Shown here: piece by piece, positions 9,137 through 18,236 of the stretch
Position numbering within the stretch: the stretch's first letter is position 1
How the letters are laid out: the number at the start of each line of letters is the position of its first letter
Assembly (NCBI GenBank): GCA_937868205.1
Contig: CALMMC010000049.1
Coordinates: 423 to 64,422 of the forward strand
Reading direction: 5' to 3'
DNA: 64,000 bases
DNA from: an uncultured bacterium
GTDB lineage: Bacteria; Acidobacteriota; Aminicenantia; Aminicenantales; UBA4085
Notes under the pieces: model-generated
Databases searched by the model: none
What the model was told of the DNA's origin: nothing
Seen by the model: the letters and a program-made list of their open reading frames with translations, nothing else
Made by a program: the position numbers and the translations under genes

Positions 9137-10411
9137 ATGAAAGAGGAGAACGCCATGGCCCTGGACCTCGAACGCGTCCGTCATCAATTCCCCGCCCTCG
9201 CCGGCAACGCCGTTTTTCTGGACAACCCCGGGGGCACCCAGGTCGTCAAGAACTGTCTCGACCGGATGCTCGACTATCTCATCGAGGCCAACGCCAACCA
9301 CGACGGCGCCTTCAAAACGAGCCGCGAGTCGGACGCCCTGGCCGCCCGCGCCCGCCAGGCCGCGGCCGATTTTCTCAACGCCCGCCCCGAAGAAGTCGTC
9401 TTTGGGGCGAACATGACGACCCTGACCTTTCATCTTTCGCGCTCCCTCGCTCCGCGCCTCGGCCCCGGCGATTCCCTCGTCGTCACCCGTCTTGACCACG
9501 ACGCCAACATTTCGCCCTGGCTTCTCCTGGCCCGCGACCGGGGGGCCGAAATCCTCTGGGTCGATTTCCATCCCGAAGACGGCACCCTCGACTTGGCGGA
9601 TCTCGACCGGGCCTTGGAGAAAAAACCCAAGCTCATCGCCGTCAGCTACGCCAGCAACGCCCTCGGGACGATCAATCCCGTGGCCGATATCGCCGCCCGG
9701 GCCCGGGCGGCCGGGGCGCTTGTCTTCGTCGACGCCGTCCATTACGCCCCCCACGGGCCGATCGACGCGGCCGCCCTCGGCTGCGACTTCCTGGCCTGCT
9801 CGGCGTACAAGTTCTTCGGTCCCCATCTCGGCCTTCTCTATGGGCGGCGGGAACTCCTGGAGGAGCTTCCGGCCTATAAAGTCCGGCCGGCCGACGACAG
9901 GGTCCCTTTCCGATTCGAGACGGGGACGCCCAACTTCGAGGCGCTCGCCGGCCTGCTCGGGACGATCGAGTATCTCGAGGAGCTCGGAACACGCTTCGGC
10001 GAGGATCCCGAGGCCGAGCCGGCCGACGATCCGTCCGGACGGAAGCGGAAGCTCCGCCGGGCGGCGGCGGCCGTCCGGGCCCATGAGCGGACGCTGGCCG
10101 CGGCCATGTTCGAAACGCTCCAAGCGATCCCCTCGATGAAAATCTTCGGGCTCACGGACCCGGCCCGCTTCGACGAACGCGTCGCGACCTTCTCATTCCG
10201 CCTGGGGGACGTCCCCCCGCGGCGGATCGCCGAGGAGCTGGACCGCGACGGGATCTATGCCTGGGACGGGCACTACTATGCCCTCGAGACGGTTCGGCGC
10301 CTCGGCCTCGAGGACAAGGGCGGCATGCTCCGGGTCGGGGCCGTCCATTACAACACTCTCGAAGACATCGCCCGGCTCGGCCGGTCGCTGGCCCGGATCG
10401 CCAAGGCCTGA
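9137..10411 (+). CDS. Class V aminotransferase, cysteine desulfurase-like (SufS/CsdA-related)
   Basis: Fold-type I PLP enzyme with the SAYKFFGPHLG lysine motif; overall similarity to cysteine desulfurase family proteins. Confidence 0.8.
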   Translation: MKEENAMALDLERVRHQFPALAGNAVFLDNPGGTQVVKNCLDRMLDYLIEANANHDGAFKTSRESDALAARARQAAADFLNARPEEVVFGANMTTLTFHLSRSLAPRLGPGDSLVVTRLDHDANISPWLLLARDRGAEILWVDFHPEDGTLDLADLDRALEKKPKLIAVSYASNALGTINPVADIAARARAAGALVFVDAVHYAPHGPIDAAALGCDFLACSAYKFFGPHLGLLYGRRELLEELPAYKVRPADDRVPFRFETGTPNFEALAGLLGTIEYLEELGTRFGEDPEAEPADDPSGRKRKLRRAAAAVRAHERTLAAAMFETLQAIPSMKIFGLTDPARFDERVATFSFRLGDVPPRRIAEELDRDGIYAWDGHYYALETVRRLGLEDKGGMLRVGAVHYNTLEDIARLGRSLARIAKA

Positions 10412-10548
10412 ATTTTTTTCGGGACGTCGGCGGAAGAATCATCAATCCGCCGCGGATCTGGTCAGAGAGCGATTCGCCCCGGCGGCCGAAACGTCCGGCG
10501 CCGGATGCTTCCGTGCAGATGTGGTGAACCCGGAACAGGTCTCCCGGA

Positions 10549-10690
10549 TCAGGTCTTTTCGGCCAGCCGGCGAAAGCTTCGATTGAGGGCGATGAACCAC
10601 AGTGACCAGCCGAGGTGCATGATTCTCTGCTTGGCGCCGATCCAGGGGCCGAGAGTATCCGGCATATACGCCGTTCGTTGTGGTAAAATA
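10549..10690 (-). pseudogene. C-terminal remnant of a native high-GC DUF998 gene
   Basis: Reverse-strand translation FILPQRTAYMPDTLGPWIGAKQRIMHLGWSLWFIALNRSFRRLAEKT* aligns with the C-terminus of the adjacent intact DUF998 ORF (…ILPGYFGLKQRFLYAGWTVWSVYLSFRFLKLSAK*). It is cut off by an in-frame stop exactly at the AT-rich junction. Confidence 0.55.
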
Positions 10691-10705
10691 AATTAAAAGA
10701 AGACT

Positions 10706-11281
10706 ATGAGAATAAAATATTTATTAATTTTTGGATTGTTAAGTCCGTTGGTTTTTTGGATTACGACAATTCTTTGCGGATTACGACTTGAAGGATATAA
10801 TCATTTTACCTGGTTGGTAAGTGAATTAGGAGCATTAGGGACCAGGACACAGGTTATTTTTACATTCGGATTAGTTTTAAGTTCCATCCTTAATTTTGTT
10901 TTCGTTATTGGTTCATTTAAATTTTGTAAAATGAGGCAATTGAATCTGATTCCTGTGATATTCCTATTGTTTTATTCTTTCCTTGCGGGACCAGCTCTAT
11001 TTCCAATGCCTTTGAGACTGCATGGTATTGTTGGAATCCCTTTTCCTCTGATAATGTTTGCTCCGATCGTGAGCCTCATTTTCTGGAGAAAGAAGGAGTA
11101 TCAGGTAAAAATAAGAGTGATAGCCATCATTAGTTTCCTGATTATGCTATTGGGATTTTTAATTTATTTTCCGAATATCCTGCCTGGATATTTCGGATTA
11201 AAACAAAGATTTTTATATGCAGGCTGGACTGTTTGGTCTGTTTATTTGAGCTTCAGGTTTTTGAAATTAAGTGCGAAATAA
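10706..11281 (+). CDS. DUF998-family membrane protein encoded in a roughly 600-bp low-G+C cassette
   Basis: A 191-aa multi-TM ORF. By eye the segment is about one-third G+C against flanks in the high 60s, with sharp compositional boundaries near 10690 and 11290. Confidence 0.75.
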   Translation: MRIKYLLIFGLLSPLVFWITTILCGLRLEGYNHFTWLVSELGALGTRTQVIFTFGLVLSSILNFVFVIGSFKFCKMRQLNLIPVIFLLFYSFLAGPALFPMPLRLHGIVGIPFPLIMFAPIVSLIFWRKKEYQVKIRVIAIISFLIMLLGFLIYFPNILPGYFGLKQRFLYAGWTVWSVYLSFRFLKLSAK

Positions 11282-11384
11282 CTCAAGTGAACTGGAGGAC
11301 ATCCCCGATCTGGCATTTACCCTGCGGGCTGACCGGGGTGTCGGAATGACCCCTCCCGATTAATATTGCGTTGGTGTCAGGTCT

Positions 11385-11506
11385 TACATTAAACATTTGG
11401 AACCCAGGTGGCTGTAGTCGCCCAGCCGGGCGGCGCAGAGAAATATCGTTCCCCAAAACAACAGGACCGCCAGGATGCCTGCATCGAGCCATCGGCTTTT
11501 ATTCAT
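11385..11506 (-). pseudogene. N-terminal remnant of the same native DUF998 gene
   Basis: Reverse-strand translation MNKSRWLDAGILAVLLFWGTIFLCAARLGDYSHLGSKCLM*. The core LLFWGTIFLCAARLGDYSHL parallels LVFWITTILCGLRLEGYNHF of the intact gene; it is truncated after about 40 codons. Confidence 0.55.
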
Positions 11507-11556
11507 GGGGGCGATATTCCCTTGAACGTTCATTCGGAAACAAGACGAGCGAGATC

Positions 11557-12123
11557 CTATTTCCTTTGGCTCCACAGCCGGTCGCGGGTCTTGACCCGGA
11601 AATATCCCCGGCCGACGGCCCGGATGTCCTCCACCGAATAGAACGCCTCGGGCCGGCATTGACGGACCGTCTCGATGACCCGGGGCAGATTGACCCGGTC
11701 GAGGACCAAGAAGATGATCTTGACCTTCCCGCTTTTTCCCTCTCCGTCGATGCAGGTCACGCCGTGCTTTTCCTCCCGGAGGCGTTCGACGAGCGCGTCC
11801 GCATTGTTCGGAGTGATGACCCGGAGAAGGACGTTCCCCACGGCCAGTTTTTCCTCGATCCGCATGCCGACGTAGGTCCCCATGGCGAAGCCGGCCCCGT
11901 AGGCCAGGTAATAAAAAGGATTGGTCAGGTTCTGCATGATCTGGGTGATGGCCACCAGCCAGATAATAACCTCGAAAAAACCCAGAAGCGGGGCTAGAAG
12001 CCGCCGGCCCTTCGAGATGAAGATGATCCGCATCGTCTGGAGGCTGACGTCGAAGATGCGGGCCGTGAAAATCAGCAGGGGAAGAATCACCCATTTGAAG
12101 AGGTCGAAATTCAGGAATTCCAT
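11557..12123 (-). CDS. UPF0316/DUF2179-family membrane protein (YitT-like)
   Basis: MEFLNFDLFKWVILPLLIFTARIFDVSLQTMRIIFISKG… matches the DUF2179 pattern. The start is chosen at MEFLNF; the longer ORF-track version carries an R-rich upstream extension. Confidence 0.65.
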   Translation of the reverse strand: MEFLNFDLFKWVILPLLIFTARIFDVSLQTMRIIFISKGRRLLAPLLGFFEVIIWLVAITQIMQNLTNPFYYLAYGAGFAMGTYVGMRIEEKLAVGNVLLRVITPNNADALVERLREEKHGVTCIDGEGKSGKVKIIFLVLDRVNLPRVIETVRQCRPEAFYSVEDIRAVGRGYFRVKTRDRLWSQRK

Positions 12124-12137
12124 CGCCGCCTTCCTCC

Positions 12138-12515
12138 TCACTCCGCGGGCCGGGTTCCGGCGGCCGCGGACCATTTTGCCCGGAGGGCCGGGTCGTCCAG
12201 CCTCTTGACCAGCACGCCCCCGACGACCGGCCGCGCTTGGAAGACCGTCTTTTTTCCTGTGTGCGCTTCCGGAGAGATGACGTCGACGGCCAAGAGGCAA
12301 CCGTCGCTGAATTTCTCCTTGGGGGCCGGAAGCGGCGTTCCGGCCAGGTCGGCCGCCGACCGGATGCTGAAGCAGGGATCATGGGCGATCCGCGGCTCGG
12401 CCGGCGGCCGGAAGGGCGTCGTTTCCGCGGCCGAGGCGGCGGGAAAAAGAGCGGGCGTAATCAGGAAGATGCGGCAAAAGCGGGCGATCATGACGTCCTC
12501 CGGGGAATATTTCAA
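12138..12515 (-). CDS. Hypothetical secreted protein (signal peptide), immediately upstream of the UPF0316 gene
   Basis: The ORF has an N-terminal hydrophobic signal-like segment MIARFCRIFLITPALFPAASAAE. There is no recognisable domain; weakly supported. Confidence 0.35.
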   Translation of the reverse strand: MKYSPEDVMIARFCRIFLITPALFPAASAAETTPFRPPAEPRIAHDPCFSIRSAADLAGTPLPAPKEKFSDGCLLAVDVISPEAHTGKKTVFQARPVVGGVLVKRLDDPALRAKWSAAAGTRPAE

Positions 12516-12571
12516 CTGAGTCTATTTTATGTTTCGCGTGAGTATTTCTCAATCCCGGCGCATGGCCGGTC

Positions 12572-12650
12572 AATTCGGAACCTGTTTATCCATTTCCATA
12601 TTTCAACAGGTTCAGATTTAAATCGGGAAATGGATAAACAGGTTCAGATT
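12572..12650. repeat. REP inverted doublet (forward 12572-12597, inverted 12626-12650)
   Basis: aattcggaacctgtttatccatttcc … ggaaatggataaacaggttcagatt. The inverted copy overlaps the PiT stop codon. Confidence 0.8.
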
Positions 12651-13644
12651 AAAATAGGATGCCGAAGAACTCGTACAAAAGGCCGGCGCAGAGGGCGCTC
12701 ATCGGGATCGTCAAAATCCAAGCCCAGACGATCTTGATCGTCACCTGCCACTTGACCGCGGCCGCGTTCTTGGCCGCTCCGACGCCGGCCACGGCCCCGG
12801 TGATGACATGGGTCGTCGAGACGGGAACCCCCATGTGAGTGGCTGTGAAGATGGAGACGGCGCTGGCCGCCTCGGCGCAGAATCCGTCGATGGGTTTAAG
12901 CTTGACGATCCGCTGGCCCATCGTCTTGACGATCCGCCATCCCCCCGAAAGCGTGCCCAAGGCGATCGCCGTGTGAGCCGAGAGGACGATCCACAAGGGG
13001 ATGTGGAATTCCTTCATGTGTCCCGAGGTGAACATCAGGCCGGCGATGAGACCCATCGTCTTCTGGGCGTCGTTTCCGCCGTGGCCGAGGCTATAGAGAG
13101 CGGCCGAGGCGAATTGCAGGCGCTTGGCCCAGACATCGACGACGGCCATCGGCCGCTTGTGAACGATCCAGGTCGTCACGACCTTGAGGACGATCCCGAA
13201 GATCATCCCGAGCAAAGGGGCCAGGACGATAAACACCGCGATTTTCACCCAGCCGGAAACGATGACGACCTTGAAGCCGGCCTTGGCCACAGCCGCCCCG
13301 AGATATCCGCCCATCAGGGAGTGGGAGGAGCTCGAGGGCAGTCCCCAGTACCAGGTCAGGATGTTCCAGGAGACGGCTCCCAGAAGCCCGCAGAGAATGA
13401 CCATCGGGTCGACGACGGAAATGTCGATCAAGCCGGTTCCGATGGTTTTAGCCACGGCCGTGCCGAAGATCAGAAAGGCCACGAAATTGAAGAACGCGGC
13501 CCAGATGACGGCTTGCTTGGGGCTGAGCACCCGCGTTGAGACGATCGTCGCGACCGAGTTGGCCGCGTCGTGCAGGCCGTTGGTGAAATCAAAAATGAGG
13601 GCGATGGCGATGATGAAGGCGATGAAACCGAAGCTGGACTCCAT
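12649..13644 (-). CDS. Inorganic phosphate transporter, PiT family
   Basis: The GNDAQKTMG / GLHDAANS signature pair of PHO4/PiT. The start is chosen at MESSFGF. Confidence 0.85.
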   Translation of the reverse strand: MESSFGFIAFIIAIALIFDFTNGLHDAANSVATIVSTRVLSPKQAVIWAAFFNFVAFLIFGTAVAKTIGTGLIDISVVDPMVILCGLLGAVSWNILTWYWGLPSSSSHSLMGGYLGAAVAKAGFKVVIVSGWVKIAVFIVLAPLLGMIFGIVLKVVTTWIVHKRPMAVVDVWAKRLQFASAALYSLGHGGNDAQKTMGLIAGLMFTSGHMKEFHIPLWIVLSAHTAIALGTLSGGWRIVKTMGQRIVKLKPIDGFCAEAASAVSIFTATHMGVPVSTTHVITGAVAGVGAAKNAAAVKWQVTIKIVWAWILTIPMSALCAGLLYEFFGILF

Positions 13645-13649
13645 CGGAG

Positions 13650-14276
13650 TCAGCTGCCCTTGACGACGATGCCCTCGACCGTGTTGCTCATGTACTGGAA
13701 GACGTCCATGATCCGCTCCAAGGTGATCAGGATGTCCTTCCACTTCATCAGCTCGATCGGGTCCTTCTCCTCTTTAAACAGCTGGCGGAGGGTCCGGTGG
13801 TAGATCACGTCGCCCTCGTCCTCCAGGTCATGGATCTCCCGGATCTCCTTCCAGATCTCGTCCGTGTACTTCTGCTTGTCGAACGTCTCCTTGACCAGGG
13901 CGATCAAAGCGGCGGTCGCCCTCCCGATCAGCCGGGCGAACTCGTCGATGAACGGGCGCTTCTCGGTTACTTCGTAGAGGTAGACGTTATGGAGGGTGTT
14001 TTCCAGAAGATCGATGATGTCGTCGTACTCATGGATCAGGCGGTAGATGTCTTCCCGGTCGAACGGGGTGATGAAGCTCTTGTTGATGAGGTTGATGATC
14101 CCATGGGTGATATCATCCGCCCGGTGTTCGATTTCCTTGGATTTCTGCCAATATTTCTCGAAATCGCGGAATTCGACGGAAAATGTGTGAAAGACATCGG
14201 CGATTTCGGCAAGGCAGACCGACATTTCCTCGAAGTGCTCGGCGAACGCGGGGGCTTTGGGAAGAAGAAATTTCAT
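13650..14276 (-). CDS. DUF47-family protein (PhoU-like PiT accessory protein)
   Basis: Typical DUF47 architecture and its conserved pairing with PiT. Confidence 0.85.
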   Translation of the reverse strand: MKFLLPKAPAFAEHFEEMSVCLAEIADVFHTFSVEFRDFEKYWQKSKEIEHRADDITHGIINLINKSFITPFDREDIYRLIHEYDDIIDLLENTLHNVYLYEVTEKRPFIDEFARLIGRATAALIALVKETFDKQKYTDEIWKEIREIHDLEDEGDVIYHRTLRQLFKEEKDPIELMKWKDILITLERIMDVFQYMSNTVEGIVVKGS

Positions 14277-14756
14277 GATGACGCCTTGGGAAAAATGAGA
14301 AATATAAATGCGGCGGAGGGGGATTGCGACGGAAGACGGACAGCCATGAGGGAGTCACTATATCCGACGCGGCGGCGGAAATCAAATCAAGCGCCTCGCG
14401 CCGGGACCGGCGCATTTTCCGCCCTTCGGAACCCGCGTCCCGCGTTCTCCGCATAGAAGATAAGGGAGGGGGTTATCCGGTTCAAACGCGAACTCCGGGA
14501 AGACGGTTGTCTCATTCGAAGCGGAGCCTGCGGAAACCGCCCGAGACCAGGGATCGGATGGATCTCGACCTCCGGATCAACGGCTTCACGGGGCCGCCGG
14601 AAATTCAGCGGCAACCGCGCGTCCGACGATCCTCCCGCCGGAGAACGATCCCCCCATCGGCCGTTTTTCGAGCCTCCCGCGTCCTCTTTTCAATCGTGCG
14701 CGACACGGGTTTCCGTCCGGTCGACAGGCCCGGGACGATGTGCTATATAAGACCCT

Positions 14757-16199
14757 ATGTCCGCGAACGACGGTTATCCCCCCGCCGGGGGCGCCTCCGA
14801 AGCCGCCCGCGAGAAAAGCGCGGCCGCAAAAAGCTCCGTTATTGCTGCCGTTTTTCTCACCGGCATGAAGATCGTCGTCGGCCTGGCCACCGGCTCGCTG
14901 GGCATCCTGGCCGAGGCGGCCCATTCGGCCTTGGACCTGGTCGCCGCGGCCATGACCCTCATCGCCGTCCGCGTCTCCAGCCGGCCGGCCGATCAAACCC
15001 ACACCTATGGTCACGGCAAGATCGAAAACCTGTCGGCCATGCTGGAGACGGCCCTTCTGCTCATCACCTGCGTCTGGATCGTCATCGAGGCCGTCCGGCG
15101 GCTTTTTTTCCAGGACGTTCCCGTCGAAGCGTCGCCGTGGGCGTTCCTGGTCATGGCCGTGTCGATCGTCATCGATCTGTCCCGCTCCCGGGTCCTGGCC
15201 CGGGCGGCCAAAAAACACCACAGCCAGGCCCTCGAAGCCGACGCCCTTCATTTCTCGACCGACGTCTGGTCCTCTTCCGTCGTCATCCTCGGCCTTCTCC
15301 TGGTCAAGCTGTCCGGCCTGCTCGACGTCCCTTGGCTGGCCAAGGCCGACGCCGTCGCCGCCTTGGGAGTCTCGGCCATCGTCGTCCTCGTCAGCCTGAA
15401 GCTCGGCAAAAAAACGATCACCGACCTTCTCGACGGCGTGCCGGCCGATCTGCGCGAGGCCGTCGTCCGGGCGGCCCATGTCCCCGGCGTGATCGAAGTC
15501 GACCGGGCCCGCATCCGGCGCTCCGGCCCGGAGATCTTCGTCGACGTCGTTCTCTTCGTCAGCCGCCACGCCGCCTTCGAGCACGCCCATGACATCTCCA
15601 ACGAGGCCAAGAACTCGATCCGACGCGCCCTGGGCCTTCCCGACGCGGACATCATCGTCCATGTCGCTCCGAGCCGGGACGAAACCCGCGACATGGTCGA
15701 GCACATCCGGGACATCGCCGCCCGGCTCGACCTGGCCGCCCATGAAATCCGCTTCTTCGAAGCCGACGGCCGGCCGGCCCTCGACCTGCATCTTGAAATC
15801 CGCGGGGCGGCGAACGTGGCCGACGCCCACGCCCGGGCCTCCGCGTTCGAGGAGGCCGTCCATGCCGCCGTTCCCGGGCTCGACCGGATTTTCACCCACT
15901 TGGAACCGGTCGGCGGCCAAGCCTTCATCGCCCCCCTTCCTCCGGGCGAGGACCGGGCCATCCGCCGGCGGATCGCTGAGCTGTCCGAGGAGATGGGGAT
16001 CGTCTGCGATCCGCACCACATCTTGATCGAGGAGACCGTCGGGGAAGTCTGCGTCTCCTTTCACTGCAGCGTCGATCCCGCCACGCCCCTGGCCGAGGCC
16101 CATAAGTTCAGCGAGCGATTCGAGATGGCCCTCCGGCGCGACATTCCGCGCGTCGGCCGGGTCTTGATCCACATCGAGCCGCCGGAACCGGCCGGGTAA
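14757..16199 (+). CDS. Cation diffusion facilitator (CDF) transporter with an extended, apparently duplicated cytoplasmic C-terminal domain
   Basis: TM core with HSALDLV…HTYGHGK motifs. The protein is 480 aa with two consecutive CTD-like segments. Confidence 0.8.
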   Translation: MSANDGYPPAGGASEAAREKSAAAKSSVIAAVFLTGMKIVVGLATGSLGILAEAAHSALDLVAAAMTLIAVRVSSRPADQTHTYGHGKIENLSAMLETALLLITCVWIVIEAVRRLFFQDVPVEASPWAFLVMAVSIVIDLSRSRVLARAAKKHHSQALEADALHFSTDVWSSSVVILGLLLVKLSGLLDVPWLAKADAVAALGVSAIVVLVSLKLGKKTITDLLDGVPADLREAVVRAAHVPGVIEVDRARIRRSGPEIFVDVVLFVSRHAAFEHAHDISNEAKNSIRRALGLPDADIIVHVAPSRDETRDMVEHIRDIAARLDLAAHEIRFFEADGRPALDLHLEIRGAANVADAHARASAFEEAVHAAVPGLDRIFTHLEPVGGQAFIAPLPPGEDRAIRRRIAELSEEMGIVCDPHHILIEETVGEVCVSFHCSVDPATPLAEAHKFSERFEMALRRDIPRVGRVLIHIEPPEPAG

Positions 16200-16287
16200 C
16201 TCCGCTATTCCGCCCGGTTCCGTCCCAAATTTCCCCGCGTTGACTTCGGCCAAGCCTATGTGTTAATAAGCGGCAAACGGAGGCAAC

Positions 16288-17631
16288 ATGGCATCTCGAG
16301 GTAAGTGGAGCTCACACGTCGGCTTTATCCTTGCCGCCGCTGGTTCGGCCGTCGGCCTGGGCAACATCTGGCGTTTCCCTTATCTCGCCGGAAAGAACGG
16401 GGGCGCGCTATTCGTGCTGATCTATATCGCCTGCGTGATCGTTCTGGGGCTGCCGGTCATGCTGGCTGAGCTCTCCCTCGGCCGGGCCACGGGAAAAAAC
16501 GCGGTCGGGGCGTTCCGGGCGATCCGGCCGGGGACGAAATGGCATTGGATCGGTTACTTGAATGTGGTCACGGCGGTGATGGTCCTCTCCTTCTATTCGG
16601 TGATCGCCGGCTGGACGCTGGGCTACTTTGTCAAGACGTTGGGCGGAACGTTTAAATCGACCGGAAAAGACGATGTCGTCGCCGTCTTCAGCCGGTTCAT
16701 CGCTTCGCCGGGACTGCAACTGCTGTTGCTCGCGATATTCATCTTCCTGACCGTTTCCATCGTCAGCAAGGGCGTCTCAGCCGGCCTGGAGAAATTTTCG
16801 AAAGTGATGATGCCGGCGCTGTTCGCGATCCTTATCCTGCTCATGGTTTATTCGCTGACCCTGCCCGGGGCCGAGAGGGGGTTGGCGTTCTACCTGAAGC
16901 CGGACTTCTCGGAAATCAACGGTCGGGTGTTTCTGGAGGCAATGGGACAGGCTTTCTTCAGCCTCAGCCTGGGGATGGGAGCCATGCTGACCTACGGATC
17001 CTACTTGAGCAAGAAAGAAAAGCTGGTCGCCTCGGCCGCCTGGGTGGCGGTTATCGACACTTCAGTCGCCCTCCTGGCCGGCTTCATCATTTTTCCGGCC
17101 TTGTTTTCACAGAACATGGCGCCAGACCAGGGTCCCGGGCTGGTGTTCGCCATCCTTCCGGTGATCTTCGGCAAAATCCCCGGAGGCACGCTGTTTGGGG
17201 CCTTTTTTTTCGTCATGCTGGCCTTGGCCGCCTTGACCTCGACCATCTCCCTCCTCGAGATTCCGGTGTCCTTCCTCATCGACGAGAAGAAATTGACTCG
17301 CCGCCGGGCCGCATGGCTGATGGGGGGAGCGGCTCTCCTGTTCGGCATTCCCTCGTCCCTCTCCGGCGGCAGCGTGAAATTCTTCAGTCGCCTGCCTGCG
17401 TTTCACATCGATTTTCTTTCGCTGTGGGACAAGGTTTGGGGGAATATCTCCGTGAGCGTCGGCTCCCTCTTGATCGCCCTTTTCGTGGTACATGTCTGGA
17501 AGACGGACAAGGCTCTCGCAGAGATCTCCGCCGAAGGCGCCGGCTTTCGTTTGGCGCGGATCTGGATCCTAGCAATCAAGTACGTCTGCCCGCTGTTGAT
17601 CCTCGTAGTCCTCGTCAGCCAGTTCATTTGA
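16288..17631 (+). CDS. Sodium-dependent transporter, SNF/NSS family
   Basis: N-terminal GFILAAAGSAVGLGNIWRFPY signature. Confidence 0.85.
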   Translation: MASRGKWSSHVGFILAAAGSAVGLGNIWRFPYLAGKNGGALFVLIYIACVIVLGLPVMLAELSLGRATGKNAVGAFRAIRPGTKWHWIGYLNVVTAVMVLSFYSVIAGWTLGYFVKTLGGTFKSTGKDDVVAVFSRFIASPGLQLLLLAIFIFLTVSIVSKGVSAGLEKFSKVMMPALFAILILLMVYSLTLPGAERGLAFYLKPDFSEINGRVFLEAMGQAFFSLSLGMGAMLTYGSYLSKKEKLVASAAWVAVIDTSVALLAGFIIFPALFSQNMAPDQGPGLVFAILPVIFGKIPGGTLFGAFFFVMLALAALTSTISLLEIPVSFLIDEKKLTRRRAAWLMGGAALLFGIPSSLSGGSVKFFSRLPAFHIDFLSLWDKVWGNISVSVGSLLIALFVVHVWKTDKALAEISAEGAGFRLARIWILAIKYVCPLLILVVLVSQFI

Positions 17632-17651
17632 AGTCCGACGAACCGGACACC

Positions 17652-18236
17652 TTATAGCCGTTTTGCGGCCAGCTCGCCGAGAAACGCGTCGAGCTCCTCG
17701 GCCAGGATCTCCGAGATCACCCCGGCCAGGAGGCCGGCGTCTTTCTCCGCCAGCGGCTCGAGCCGGTCAAAGGTCCGGGCGGCGATCAGCGCGCCGGAGA
17801 CCGGGTCGACCACTTCCAGGGACATCGCCAGCCGGCCGTACCAGCGATCCACCCGGTCTTCCTCCTCGATGCGGAAAATCTTGATCCTCAAGGTCCAGTC
17901 GGCCGGTTCCTTCCCCGGCTCCATCTCGATCCTCCGGAACCTCCGTCCCGCGACGAGCCGGTCCCGGATCATGTCCCGAACAAGCCGGGAGGGCCGTTCG
18001 GCCCAAAAGTTATAGGCGTAATAGTTGATTTCCGTCGGCGAGATCCGGTAGACGATCCGGAAGTCGTCATAGATCCCCTCGACGACCGGCCGGTCGAGAA
18101 ACAAAGTCCGGTCAAAGGCCGGCCCGGCCGGGCCGGAGACCGGGACCCCCAGGTCGAAATAACGCTTGGCGTGAGCGGCGAAGCAACCCGCGCCGGCCAG
18201 GATGACGGCGGCAAGAAGCCATGCTTTTTTCATCAC
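17652..18236 (-). CDS. ABC-type transport auxiliary lipoprotein (PqiC/YmbA-like, DUF330)
   Basis: Signal peptide plus lipobox (AGAGCFA), length about 190 aa, positioned downstream of mlaD in the same operon. Confidence 0.65.
   Translation of the reverse strand: MMKKAWLLAAVILAGAGCFAAHAKRYFDLGVPVSGPAGPAFDRTLFLDRPVVEGIYDDFRIVYRISPTEINYYAYNFWAERPSRLVRDMIRDRLVAGRRFRRIEMEPGKEPADWTLRIKIFRIEEEDRVDRWYGRLAMSLEVVDPVSGALIAARTFDRLEPLAEKDAGLLAGVISEILAEELDAFLGELAAKRL

Noticed and set aside
14324-15592. 422-aa plus-strand ORF spanning the DUF47-CDF intergenic region and the 5' half of the CDF gene
   Set aside because: The translation is R/P/G-rich with no features. The CDF reading frame (14757-16199) has clear family motifs, so this is a frame-shadow artefact.
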